A stretch of DNA of 57,033 nt from Balamuthia mandrillaris (lineage: Eukaryota): the NCBI GenBank assembly GCA_031835245.2, contig JAVKOQ020000092.1:124001-181033 (forward strand), in the 5' to 3' direction. A program made the position numbers and the translations under genes. Positions within the stretch are counted from its first letter, which is position 1. Each line of letters begins with the position of its first letter. The notes beneath the pieces were generated by a model. The model did no database searches, had not been told where the DNA came from, and was given only the letters and a program-made list of their open reading frames with translations. Shown piece after piece: positions 23,402 to 34,965 of the stretch.

Positions 23402-23493
23402 GAGGGCAGACAGAGGAAGAAAGATGAAGCAGAGGGAGAGAAGAGATCTCTTTCAATCTTTTTTTTTTTTGTATTTTTCTATCAAACGAGGTC

Positions 23494-23650
23494 GATTTGT
23501 GCAGCTATTGAGGACGAAATGACCTATTCCTGTAGAGCAACATTTTTGAACGAATTCTTCAGGGTTGTTGCTCCATTTGTGCAAGGGCCATGGTACACAA
23601 GTACTGTACAATAATAACAGCATTTGTGTTGCATTTGTGCTCCATTTGTG
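23494..23650. promoter_or_regulatory. Repeated CATTTGTG motif in the divergent STE24/LYR promoter
   Basis: CATTTGTG at 23574, 23621, 23632 and 23643, plus GATTTGTG at 23494, all within a 280-bp head-to-head spacer. Confidence 0.45.
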
Positions 23651-23682
23651 CGGCAAGAGAAAGAAAGAAAGAAAACAAAAAG

Positions 23683-24095
23683 ATGAGCAAGAAGGTCAAA
23701 GTGCCAGCATCCCGGTCGGACATCCTTCGCTTGTACAAAAGTCTCTTTCGGGTAGAGAGTGCTGGCCCCTTTGCCCATTCACCTCTTTGTTGTGGTTCAT
23801 TTATTTATTTTTTCTTTCTTTTTAAAAAAAAAAGGCAGCAGAGCAAATGCCCACTGTAAATAGAGAGATGTGGGTCAAGGAGAAAGCCCGACGCGACTTC
23901 AAGCTGAACAAGGACCTCACGGACGAGGAGGACATCCAGACGGTGATGGCCGTCGGCCTCACCCACCTGGACAGCGTGCGCATTCAGGCCGCCCACCTCA
24001 CCCGCGTCTTCAACACCGACTGGGAGGCAGACCTCGCCAAGACCCTGCGCAAGCCTCAACACGCTGACCCTGATATCTACAGCTCTAAAAAATGA
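23683..24095 (+). CDS. Mitochondrial LYR-motif (Complex1_LYR) protein, 2 exons
   Basis: ILRLYKSLFR|AAEQMPTVNREMWVKEKARRDFKLNKDLTDEEDIQ matches the LYR/LYK...F..N pattern; intron ~23752-23834. Confidence 0.82.
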
Positions 24096-24206
24096 ACAAT
24101 GTACTCCACAAGCCGAGAGAGTAGAGTACAGACTAACCTCATGCTTTTATTCACATTTTCACCAGCGTACACCCTCAGAGTATACATACAATGCGTGCAG
24201 CTGATT

Positions 24207-24969
24207 CTATTCCTCGGTGATGGTGGCCAAAGGGCTTTGGGAGCGATACCGCCGACCCACAAGCCGAGTCTTGAGCTTCCGCCGCCGCGTTCTTGGTGGT
24301 TGTTGCTGTTGTTGTTCTAGCGGTGAGCGGTGGTGGTGCTCATCGTTATTGTTGTTTTGCTGTGCAGAAGAAGCAGGAGCAGAGAAAGAAGAAGCACGTG
24401 ATGGAGAGGCAGAGAAAAAAGAGGAGGAGGAAGAAGAGAAAGAAGCAGAAGCCGAGGAAGAAAGACGAGGTGGAGGCGGAGAATATGTGCTACCGCCAGG
24501 CGTCATGACGGCAGCGATGGTAGCGGGACAGAGGGAAGAAATGCTTGGCAGGGAAGGCAAGGAAGAAGAACGATGCCGTCGGGGAGAGTTCTTGATCCAA
24601 GGATGTTGCAGCACGTCCATCATGTGGATGCGTTTGAAGGAGTGCGGCGTCAGCAACCTGGTGATCAAGTCCTTGACCTCTGCCGAAAGATACGTGGGCA
24701 GCTTGATTGCGCCGCTGCGGATACGTCTCGTCACTGCCAACGTGTTGTCCGCCTGAAAGGGAACCTTGCCGGTGAGCATGAAGTAGAGCACGGCCCCGCA
24801 GGACCAGATGTCCACCTCCGGGCCCACGTATTGGTGGGAGAGAAGCACCTCCGGTGCGGTGTAGTGCAAGGACCCGCAGGACCGTTTCTTGGGGACAGCC
24901 GAGCTCCACTTGCCCGCATGCCCAAAGTCTGCCAGCACCGCGTCCATTCGTTTGTTCAACAGAATATCT
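24207..24969 (-). pseudogene. SNF1/AMPK/MARK-like Ser/Thr kinase, C-lobe only (N-lobe exons not found)
   Basis: ILL...LADFGHA...SCGSLHYTAPE...YVGPEVDIWSCGAVLYFMLTGKVPF...KDLITRLL...KRI...VLQHPW. Preceded by a 3' splice acceptor (TACTAAG...TTTTTGCAG), but no GxGxxG, VAIK or HRD exon is visible before the divergent YME1 gene. Confidence 0.6.
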
Positions 24970-25064
24970 GCAAAAAGAAATGAACGAGAATGCACCTTAG
25001 TACTTCACCTCTTCTCTCTCGGTTTTTAACGAACGAAGATTTAGTGGGGAGAAGGAGAGCCGCT

Positions 25065-25295
25065 CCACTCTCCGCTCTCCACTCTGCTCTCTGCTCTCCT
25101 CTCTCCTCTCTGCTCTCTCCTCTCCTCTCTCCTCTCCTCTCTCCTCTCTGCTCTCTCCTCTCTGCTCTCTGCTCTCTGCTCTCTCCTCTCCTCTCTCTCT
25201 CCTCTCTCCTCTCCTATCTCCTCTCCTCTCTCCTCTCCTATCTCCTATCTCCTCTCTCCTCTCCTCTCTCCTCTCCTCTCCTCTCTCTGCTCTCT
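25065..25295. repeat. Degenerate (CTCTC/CTCTG)n low-complexity tract
   Basis: Direct inspection; lies immediately upstream of the headless kinase exon. Confidence 0.9.
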
Positions 25296-25502
25296 TTTCG
25301 TGTCGTCGTGACAAATATCAGCAAAATCCATTCCCCCAATGACGTGTGCAGGCCAGCGAAGAAAAAGCAGACAGAAAATAGAAGAGAAGGGAAGAAGGGT
25401 GGGCAAAAAGAGGCAGAAGCGACGAATCAAACCTTCCCCCTTTTCTTTTTGGACGTTACGGACAAAGGTCTGGGTGCTCAAGGTGTGACTTTTAAAAAAA
25501 AA

Positions 25503-25895
25503 ATGAAAGGACTCCGGATTTCATCCTCTTCTTCTGCTTCTCCTTTCCCAACCCACGCAATAAAAGGGATGGCTGCTACTTCTTCTACGTCTTCTCGGCT
25601 ATACTCTTCCTTTTCTCGTTCCTTATTATCTACTCATATGCAGTTGAGAGGAAGCCACAACAAATTCACAAATGCTTCACTTTCTTCCTCCCTTCTTCCT
25701 CTTCGGCCTCCTCTCTCCGCTTCTCGCTCTCTCCACAAGAACGTTCGCTCCTACGCTCGTCTTCCTTCTCATCCCTCTTTTGCCGTCTCCTCCTCCTCTC
25801 CCCTTTCGACCACCACCACTAGCACAACCGTTTCCACCACCGCTCAGAAAGTTGCTTCAGGTTTGTTGTTTGCTTCTTCCTCTCTTCCCCTCTTT

Positions 25896-25943
<48 letters not shown>

Positions 25944-26182
25944 TTATTGGATTGGCAAAATGACTTTTTTTAAAACAAAAAAAAAGGACTAACGATGGGA
26001 AGAAGAGGTCTACGCAAACAACTGGGCGAAAAAATTGATCTGGCCTACCTACAGGTATTTTTCCCCTTGTGCCCTTCTCTCTCTCTCTCTCTCTCTCTCT
26101 CCTTTTCCTCCTCCTCTTACTTCCCCTTCTTTCTTTCCTCTTGTCCTCCCTTCCACTCCTTCTCCGTACTCTTCTCTTTCAC

Positions 26183-26221
<39 letters not shown>

Positions 26222-28619
26222 CTCTGAACTTCTTATATTTACCAAATAACAAAAAACCAGTCACTCAACAGAGCAGGTCACTACGATGATGTTATCAGAA
26301 ACTTTGAGGCTATACTTCGGTCATCGGACCATCCAAAGAGTCTGGCCATGGTATACGAATACATCACCGCCTTAGGCAACACCAGGCAGCTCACCCCAAC
26401 CCACCTTCGTCGCCTTCTTCCTCTCTTTGTAGATTCTCTTGGTGGTGGCAGTCGTGCTGCTTCACCCGCTTCTTCCTCATCATCGTCCTTACAAAGCGCG
26501 GCTCCATTCGCACCGTCATCCATTGCCTCTCCTCCTCCTACCTTGGAAAGCTTGTTGCATCTCAAGCAAGGAGCCCCTATTCCAGTGACGGTGGTGCAAC
26601 AAGGCTCGTGGAACAAGGCTTCTAACATTGTTGCTTCCCTTTTTAAACTTGCTTTGGGCCTTTTGTTCCTTGGTTTTATTGCGTACGTTTTTCTTTTCCT
26701 CTTACCTCGGTTCTCTTCGTTCGTCCTCTTTTTCTCTTCATCTTTTTCTACCATTTCTTTTATGAAAACATAGTTTTTCTAATCTCAACACAAACAAAAC
26801 CAAAACAAAAACTACAGGGGTCCGCTTATCGGCGCAGGCTCCAATCCCCTGGGTATAAAAATGACCACCAAACGAGCAACCAACGTGCCCATCCGCTTCA
26901 GTGATGTTATCGGTGCGGACGAGGCCAAATCCGAGCTGCAAGAGGTTGTCAACTATCTGCGGGACCCCTTGAAATTCGAGCGTCTCGGCGCGCAGCTCTC
27001 CAAGGGTGTGCTCTTGAGCGGTCCTCCAGGCACCGGCAAAACCTTGCTCGCCAAAGCCGTTGCCGGAGAGGCCAACGTGCCCTTCTTCTTTGCCTCTGCC
27101 AGCGAGTTTGAGGAGATGTTTGTAGGCGTCGGAGCCAAGCGCATTCGTAACCTCTTTGAGGAGGCGCGCAAGAATGCCCCCGCCATCGTCTTCATCGACG
27201 AGATTGACAGCGTGGGCAAGACGAGAAGGAGGAACTATAACTCGCCCTCGCACGACCAAACGCTGAACCAGCTATTGACCGAGTTGGATGGCTTTCAATC
27301 CTCGGATCGGGTCATTGTGATCGCAGCCACGAATTATCCAGAGGCCCTTGACTCGGCGTTGACGAGGCCCGGAAGGTTTGATAAGAAGATCACCATTCAT
27401 TATCCTGACATACGTGGACGCAAACAGGTATTCTTTTTCGTGTTTTTTACAACCTTTTTGTTTCCTTGTTCTGTGACTGTTGGTTTTCTTTCTTTTTAAT
27501 CGTTTCATTCTTCCCCTCTCCTCGCACACGCACAGCTTCTGGACTACTATCTCTCCAAAGTGAAAGCCGCACCCGACGTGGACTCGGAGCGGTTAGCCCG
27601 TGCCATTCGCGGGTTCAGCGGTGCGGACATCCGCAACCTCGTCAACACGGCCGCCATCAAGGCCACCCTGTTGGATCTGCCTGCCGTGACGACGGGATGC
27701 ATCTCCGAAGCCATCGACGACATCATCATGGGAGTCGCCAGGAAATCCGCTGCCATCACTCCGGAAACGGCCAAGTCGACAGCCTACCATGAGGGCGGTC
27801 ATGCTCTGGTGAGGCTGTTCACGGAAGGCGCCGGAGAGATTCACAAGGCGACCATAATGCCCAGAGGCAACGCTCTCGGCATGGTCTCTTTTCTTGAGGA
27901 GAATGAGCACAGCATCAGCAGGAAGGAGGCCATGGCCCAAATAGCCACCGCCATGGGCGGCAGGGCCGCCGAGGAGCTGATCTTTGGCAAGGACGCCGTC
28001 ACGGGCGGATGCTCGGGAGACCTCAAGACGGCCACGCAGTTGGCCACGGAAATGGTCACCCGAATGGGCATGAGCGAGAGCGTGGGCTATGTTTACCTGG
28101 GAGACAGGGATGCCTTGAGCGACGTCAGAAAGAGTGAAATCGATCGTGAGGTCAAAGATTTGTTGGAGGTACGTTCTTTGTTTCTTGACACTTGTTTCCT
28201 TCTCTTCCTTCCTTCCTTCCTTCCTTCCTTCCTTCCTTCCTTCCTTTTCCTTCCTTCCTTCCTTCCTTCCTTCCTTCCTTTTCCTTTCCTTCCTCTTCCT
28301 TCCTTCCTTCCTTCCTTCCTTCCTTCCTTCCTTCCTTCCTTCCTTCCTTCCTTCCTTCCTTCCTTCCTTCCTTCCTTCCTTCCTTCCTTGTCGTTTCTTT
28401 CTTTCTTTCTTTCTTGCTTTCATACATTCTTTCTTTCTTTCTTGCACTGATTTATAAAACAACACAACAACCAGCGACAATATCAATACGCAAAGGATTT
28501 GCTGGTGACGCACAAGAAGGAGCTGGAGCTGTTGGCGCAGGCCCTCCTCAAGTACGAAACGCTGGACAGGGAGGAGATCGTGGCCGTCATCAAAGGAGAG
28601 GAACTCACCAGGAGGATAT

Positions 28620-28621
<2 letters not shown>
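25503..28621 (+). CDS. YME1: Mitochondrial i-AAA protease YME1/FtsH-like ATP-dependent zinc metalloprotease, multi-exon
   Basis: Ser/Arg-rich presequence, one TM segment, [18 protein letters not shown], Walker A GPPGTGKT, Walker [28 protein letters not shown] (HExxH), [22 protein letters not shown]. Confidence 0.93.
28197..28440. repeat. Intronic (CCTT)n tetranucleotide microsatellite
   Basis: Direct inspection; last intron of YME1. Confidence 0.95.
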
Positions 28622-28660
<39 letters not shown>

Positions 28661-29174
28661 CGTTCTGTTTTTTTTATGGCTTGCACATTACTTTTTCTTT
28701 TCTGAACAATATAACCCACAAAAAAAAGAAAAAAAGAAAAAAGAAAAAAGAAAAAAGAAAAAAGAAAAAGGAAAACTAAAAGTTAAAAAAAAAAAAGAAC
28801 AGATTTAAATAAAAAAGACAAAAGAAAAAATTCAAGAGGAAAAGAAGGAAAAAGAGGCAACCTACTACCTCGATGGCCCAACCTATTATGACTCTAATTT
28901 CATGTCGACACGAACACCATTACCACCAGCTTATTGCCAATAAAAAAAACCAAAAAAACCGAAAAAAATACAGTAAAACGAAAGCAACGAAAAAAAAAAA
29001 AAAAAAGAAAGACCACCTGTTTTGTTTGTTTTTCCTACAAGCCAACCTTTCCACAAGTATCCTTTGAGTATCTTCTTCTTCTTCTTCTTCGTCTTCTTCT
29101 TTTGTCGTGTTTTGTTGTTTAATCTCTTTCAATTTTTTTTTTTCTCAAAGAGCAAGAGACAAGGACGGGAAGCT

Positions 29175-31832
29175 ATGGAGCAACGAGCCCCGGCCATGTG
29201 GTCGCTGCTTGCCGGGGAGAGCGAGGAGCAGTACCTCCAGAAACGAGCTTTCTTTGTGCAACAGACCCGAAAGCTGAGCCGCGGGCCTCCCCCTGTTCTT
29301 CTCAAACCGCAACAGCAACAACCCCAGGAGGCCACACCGCCGCCGCCACCGCCAGAGAGCACAACGGAAGGTTCTCCTCTACCTCCTTCTCCCCCTTCTC
29401 CTCCTCTTGAGGAAGACAGAGAAGGCAGAGAAGGCAGAGAAGAAGACGAGAGAGAAGAAGACGAGAGAGAAGAAGAAGAATTTGAGCTTTCTGCTTTGAT
29501 GGAAGAGACAAACAACCATTCAACAATTGAAGCAGCAGAAGAAGAAGAACAACAGAGGAGAGAAGCAGCAGAAGAAGCAGCGACACAGGAGACGAAAGAA
29601 GAGGAGAATGGGAGGAGGAGAAAGTATTCAGCAACGGTCTCTTTGCCGAAACCCATCCCTTCCTTTGCTTCTTTTTCCCAACATGTTGCGCGGCGTCTTC
29701 CGACCGGAAGCGATGAGTCGGCTGAGGAGGAAGTTACGGAAGAAGAACTACAGACAGAAACTACTGAAGAAGAGGAGGAGGAAGAACTAGTTAAAACGGA
29801 ACGACAACCACAATACCAAAACGAAGACGAAGAAGAGGCAGAAGAAACGCCGCCCGTTCAACAACGCCACCATGGTGACTCTTTATCAACTCCTTCGTCT
29901 TCTTCCTTGACCCGAAGCAACAACAACAGCGAACCTCTTGCTCTCTCCTCTCCTCCTTCTTCTCTTCATTCTTCTTCAGGTTTGCATCATCATCATCATT
30001 ACCCTCGCTCTTCCTCTGTGTCTCTCCCATCTACTCCGCGAAGAATATCGCCAGCAGCAACGCCGCCACAAACCGGAAGCTCACCACTCTCTTTCTTCAA
30101 AAAACTTGTAGATCGCTCCGGTTGGTTCTTCTCTTCTTCTTCTCCTTCTCTTTCTCCAACCTCTTCTTCTCCTTCTTCTCCTCCCCCTTCTTCTCTTTCT
30201 ATGCCAACTTCTCCTCTTCTTCATCGTTCTTCGTCTGCACAACGACAACAACATGTCTCTTCTGCTCCTTTACCTCTTCTTCAACAACAACAACAACAAC
30301 AACATCAACAAGAACAAGCAGAAGAACAACAGCAAAAGCCACCAAAACAAAAAGGAGGAAGAAGCAGAGCAGGAAGTGTTTCTTCTTCCTATCCTCCTTC
30401 TGGTGCTTCTTTTGTTCATCCACAACAGCAACAACAGCAAGACGAGGAACAACAAAGAAACGACCAACAACTTCTACCTCAACGACAACACAATCAACAA
30501 CAATACAACCCTCTTCTGCGTTACTCATCTCCTGATATTCACCGTTTAGCTGCAGCTTCCTCTTCTTCTCTTTCTGCTGCTTCTTCTTCTTCATCTTTTA
30601 GCACTGGACAAAGAACGAACAACACCAACGCTCCCAAAATGGAGCGAAAGTGGTTGTTGCTCATTGCGACGATAAAGAGAAGAGATCCGGAGGCCTTTGC
30701 GCAGGTTCGTCGTGTGGTGAGGGTGGGATTGCCCAAAGAGGTCAGACCGGCTTATTGGAGAATCATGACCGGGGCAGAAGAGTGTGTTGAGAAGAATCCT
30801 GGTCTTTATGAGGTTTGCATCCCTTATTGCTTCTTTATGCTCTTTTTCTTTTCTCGTTGTGCTTCTGTTTCTGTTTCTGTTTCATTTTTTTGTTGACTTT
30901 TGTTTGGCTTCCATTTCAGGTGTTATGTTCAAAGGAATCTCCATTTGAGACGTACATAGAACGAGACATTCATCGCACTCTCCCTAAACTGTCCTTCTAC
31001 GCCATGCGAGGCGGTCCTGGGTTTGTTATTTCTTTGTTTCTGCTCGTTCTCTCGTTCTCTCACTCTTTCTGTTGCTCCCCTTGTGTCTCTTATTTGTTTC
31101 TCATTACTTTACAAACAAAACAACAGCCAAACATTATTACTTCGAGTGCTCAAAGCGTACGCTGTTCTTGACAAAGAGCTGGGCTACTGCCAAAGCATGT
31201 CTTTCGTGGCCGGAGTCTTGTTGCTCTACCTCGACGAGCAGCACGCCTTTTGGGCGATGTGTCAACTGATAAAGAACTATCATTTGCATGGCTTCTTTCG
31301 ACCCGGGCTACCACTCCTTCGGCTTTCCCTCTTTCAACTGACGCATCTTATTGAGCAATGCATGCCTCGCCTTCATTTACACTTCGTACGTTTTGCTGTT
31401 CTCGTTTGATCTTTGCTCGTTTTGTGATATTGTGTTTATTTTAAAACTTTCCTTCTTTTTTTAAAACAACAACAGAAGAAAGAAGGAGTGATCCCCTTGC
31501 TGTACGCCTCCGAATGGTTCTCCACTCTCTTTGTCTACACATTACCGCTGAACGTGGTGGTTCAACTCTGGGACGTCTTCTTCGTGGAAGGCCTTCCCTA
31601 CCTCTTCAAACTGGCCTTAGCCATTCTCATCATTCACCAGGAACAACTTTTGAGCTTGAGCTTTGAGGACATTCTGAAGCATCTCAAAGAGAAACAAGCG
31701 GGCTTGGATGCGTCTCTCCTCATACGCATCGCTGACAACCTCACGCTTGTGGATCAGGAGACGTTGGACAAACTCGAGCAGAAGTTTCACAATCCATCCA
31801 AGTCCATCTTTCGCATAGATGATGGCTTTTAG
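29175..31832 (+). CDS. Rab-GAP TBC domain protein with long low-complexity N-terminus, multi-exon
   Basis: RVGLPKEVRPAYW, IERDIHRT (Arg finger IxxDxxRT), LLRVLKAYA...GYCQSMSFVAG (Gln finger YxQ), LYASEWFSTLF, VVQLWDVFFVEG. Confidence 0.92.
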
Positions 31833-31864
31833 ACTGAAGAATAAAAGTGTTTACAATTGGTTTA

Positions 31865-33877
31865 TCAAGAAGAAGAAGAAGATGCTTCAATGCATTGATC
31901 CCACTCCGCCTTGTTCGCCTCGTACTCCTTCTCCACCTCCCTCAACCTCGTCAACAGGTCCCCCGAACTCGGCCTCCGTTCCACCTCTTTCGCCCAACAA
32001 TCCTCCAACAACTCTCTTATCGCTTTGGGCGTCTTCTTCGGCAAAGTCGGTCTCAGGTTGTTCTTTGCCGTCTGGATGATGACCTGAAAGTCAAAGATGA
32101 GCTGCTTGTGATCCGCGTAAGGGCCTCTGTAACAACCGTGAAGGGTCCGATAGAGGACCTCCCAAAAGATGATGGCGAGGGAGAAGACGTCCGCTTTGGT
32201 GGTGTACCGTTCTCCAAAGTAAACCTCGGGGGCCGTGTAGGCATACGTCCCACGTAGCTTGTTCAAGGTGGAGAGGTTGTCCTCCGCGCTGCGGCTGAGG
32301 CCGAAATCGGCCACTTTAACGGTGAGGCCGTGGTCGACCAGTAGGTTTAGGCTTTTGAGATCTCTGTTTTCGTTTGTTTGTTGACTGTCAGCAATGAACA
32401 AAAACAAACAACACACACAACCAAAACGCAACAGTAAGAGACCTGTGAACAATGCAAGGCTTCCATTCATGCAAACACTTGAGTCCACGAACGGTTTGAG
32501 TGGTGATGCGAAAGAAGAACGGCCAGTCGAAGGACCGGGTAAAGTTTTTGTTGTTCATGAGATCGTAAAGACTTCCATTCTCGCACCATTCCATCACAAG
32601 ACAAAGAGAGGGTTGAAGGCATGCTCCATAAAAGAAAACAATATGTGGACTTCGAACGGAACTGTAAAAAAATATTAAAGAGGGTTAATACAAAGCAAAA
32701 AAGAAACTTGTCCAGCAGGATACGAAAAAGAGAAGGAGAAGAAAAATGAAGAACAGGACAACAAGAAGAAAACCTACCCAAACAAAGCGAATTCCTTCTT
32801 AAAGTCACGAATTTGAGCAGCGTCAACGCGGTCCTTCAAAAGTTTGATGGCAACGGTTTGCCCTCTGTAGGCCGCTTTGTAAACCTTGGCAGATGCTCCT
32901 TCTCCCATTCTTTGTTGAAAGTCCAATTCCTATTTCAGTTCAATGGTTAACACTAACAAACATTCAAAGAAAAAGAAGTTCGAGGAAACATAAGAAAAAA
33001 GAGAACGTATGAAAAGAGAAATAAAGAAAAGCGAAAGGATACAGAAAGAAAAGAAACCTTTGCATTGATTTCCCAAGAAAAGTTTGTGACGAGTCCATCG
33101 ATGATGCATTCTTTAAACTTTCGAGTCATTTCTTCCACCGTCACTTCACAATGCGGAATGCAATGCCCAACCGGTTAGAAGAAGCACAAAAAAGAACGAA
33201 AGAATGAAAGAAAGATGAAACGAGGAAGAGATGAGAAACGACAAGAAAGAAACGGAGTAAGAAGGTAAAACCATACGAGGAGCAACAGCTATTTCCATCG
33301 TCTGTGCGGAGCAAGCAGCCGAGGAAGAGGAAGCAGCAGCAGAAGAAGACGGCGAGACCGGTGCACTTTTCTTCTTCTTGGAGTCACTATACTTTTCCAC
33401 TTCGTCATCCGCATCGCTGTCTTCTTCTCCTTCTCCCTCTTCTTCATTCTTCTCGCTTTCTTCATCCTCCTCTTCCTCACTGTCCTCTCCCTTCTCTTTC
33501 TTTGTTGGAAGGTCCAACGACGTTACCGTTATCGCTGTCGCTTGCCTCGCTTTTTCGTGTTGTTCTCTTTGGTGTCCGCAGTTCTGGCATTCCTTGCCAT
33601 CGCCGTAAAACTCCTCGCAGCCGCACTCCTCCAAACATCGTCCCAAAGGAGAGGAAGCCTCCAAAGAAGAAGACGAAACCTCTTCTGCTTTTGCCTTTGG
33701 TTGTTTCGTCGTCGTCGGCGTCGTCTTTTTCTTCTTCTCCTTCTTCTTCTCTCTCTTCTTCTTCTTCTCTTTCTTCGTTTTGGGCGGCTTCGGCTGCTTC
33801 GTCTCTTCCTCCTTTCGGGGACTCTTTCTGTCGTCCTTGCTCTTCTTCTCCCGCTTTACCCGTCCGCTGGAGAACAT
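31865..33877 (-). CDS. TKL-group (Raf/MLK-like) protein kinase with Lys-rich N-terminus and a Cys/His motif, multi-exon
   Basis: MGEGASAKVYKA...VAIK, LVMEWCENGSL, CIVHR|DLKSLNLLV...KVADFGLSR, RGTYAYTAPE, KADVFS, LRPTLP...CW...RRPS. Confidence 0.92.
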
Positions 33878-33929
33878 TTTCTTGAGTTCCTTTCGCTTCT
33901 CGCCCTTTGGTTTGTGAGGTTTTCGTTTC

Positions 33930-33981
<52 letters not shown>

Positions 33982-34304
33982 AGCGAGAGAAGAGGGAAGA
34001 AAGAGAAGAGAGAGAGAGAGAGAAGCGCAGAAAGCAGAGAAAGAAAGAGAGCAGAGAAAAGAGAGGAGCAAAGAAGAAGGAGAGCCTAAGGCGTTACCTT
34101 TATCCCTTTCTTCTTGACCGGCTTTTCGTCCTGCATTCTTTTGTTTTTGTTTTTCACTTGCTCGTTATTCACCGCTTGCCTGCAAACACTTTTACGTTTC
34201 TTTTCTATTTTATTTTTGTGTTTAATTCCCCGAAAAATTAATGAATGAATGATCGGAATGATCTTGCCTGACTTTCGGAAACACCAATCCACAATCAAAA
34301 ACTC

Positions 34305-34820
34305 TTCTCTCTCCGCTCTTCTCTCTTCTCGCTACACTCTCTCTCATTCTCTGATTCTCTGATTCTCTCATTCTCTCATTCTCTGATTCTCTCATTCTCT
34401 CATTCTCTCATTCTCTCATTCTCTCATTCTCTCATTCTCTCATTCTCTCATTCTCTCATTCTCTTTTCTCTTCTCTTCTCTTCTCTTCTCTTCTCTTCTC
34501 TTCTCTTCTCTTCTCTTCTCTTCTCTTCTCTTCTCTTCTCTTCTCTTCTCTTCTCTTCTCTTCTTCTTCTCTTCTCTTCTCTCTCCGCTCTTCTCTCTTC
34601 TCGCTTCTCTCTCGTTCTCTCTTCTCTCTCTCATTCTCTCATTCTCTCATTCTCTCACTCTCTCTTCTCTTCTCTCTTCTATCTCTGCTCTTCTCTCTTC
34701 TCGCTTCTCTCTCTTCTATCGTTCTTGTTCTCTCTTCTCTCTTCTAGAGTTCTCTCTCTTCTCTCTTCACTTCTGTCTTCTCTCTTCTATAGTTCTCTCG
34801 TTCTCTCTCGCTCTCTCTTC
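34305..34820. repeat. Composite intergenic satellite: (CTCATTCT)n, (CTTCT)n and degenerate CT tract
   Basis: Direct inspection. Confidence 0.92.
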
Positions 34821-34965
34821 TCGTTCAACGTTGGCTCTTTCCGTTCCGTTTTCACTGTGATCATTATTTATACAGAATGCAAGAGTGAGGGCCAAAATTG
34901 TGGTGTAGATGTACATGCTGAAGGAGGAGAATGTGGAGAAGGGATCATGGAAACCTGCTTCACGT

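Noticed and set aside
34305..34820. Long tandem arrays that could be a CRISPR array or telomeric repeats
   Set aside because: No unique spacers and no TTAGGG-type unit; simple microsatellites typical of this genome.
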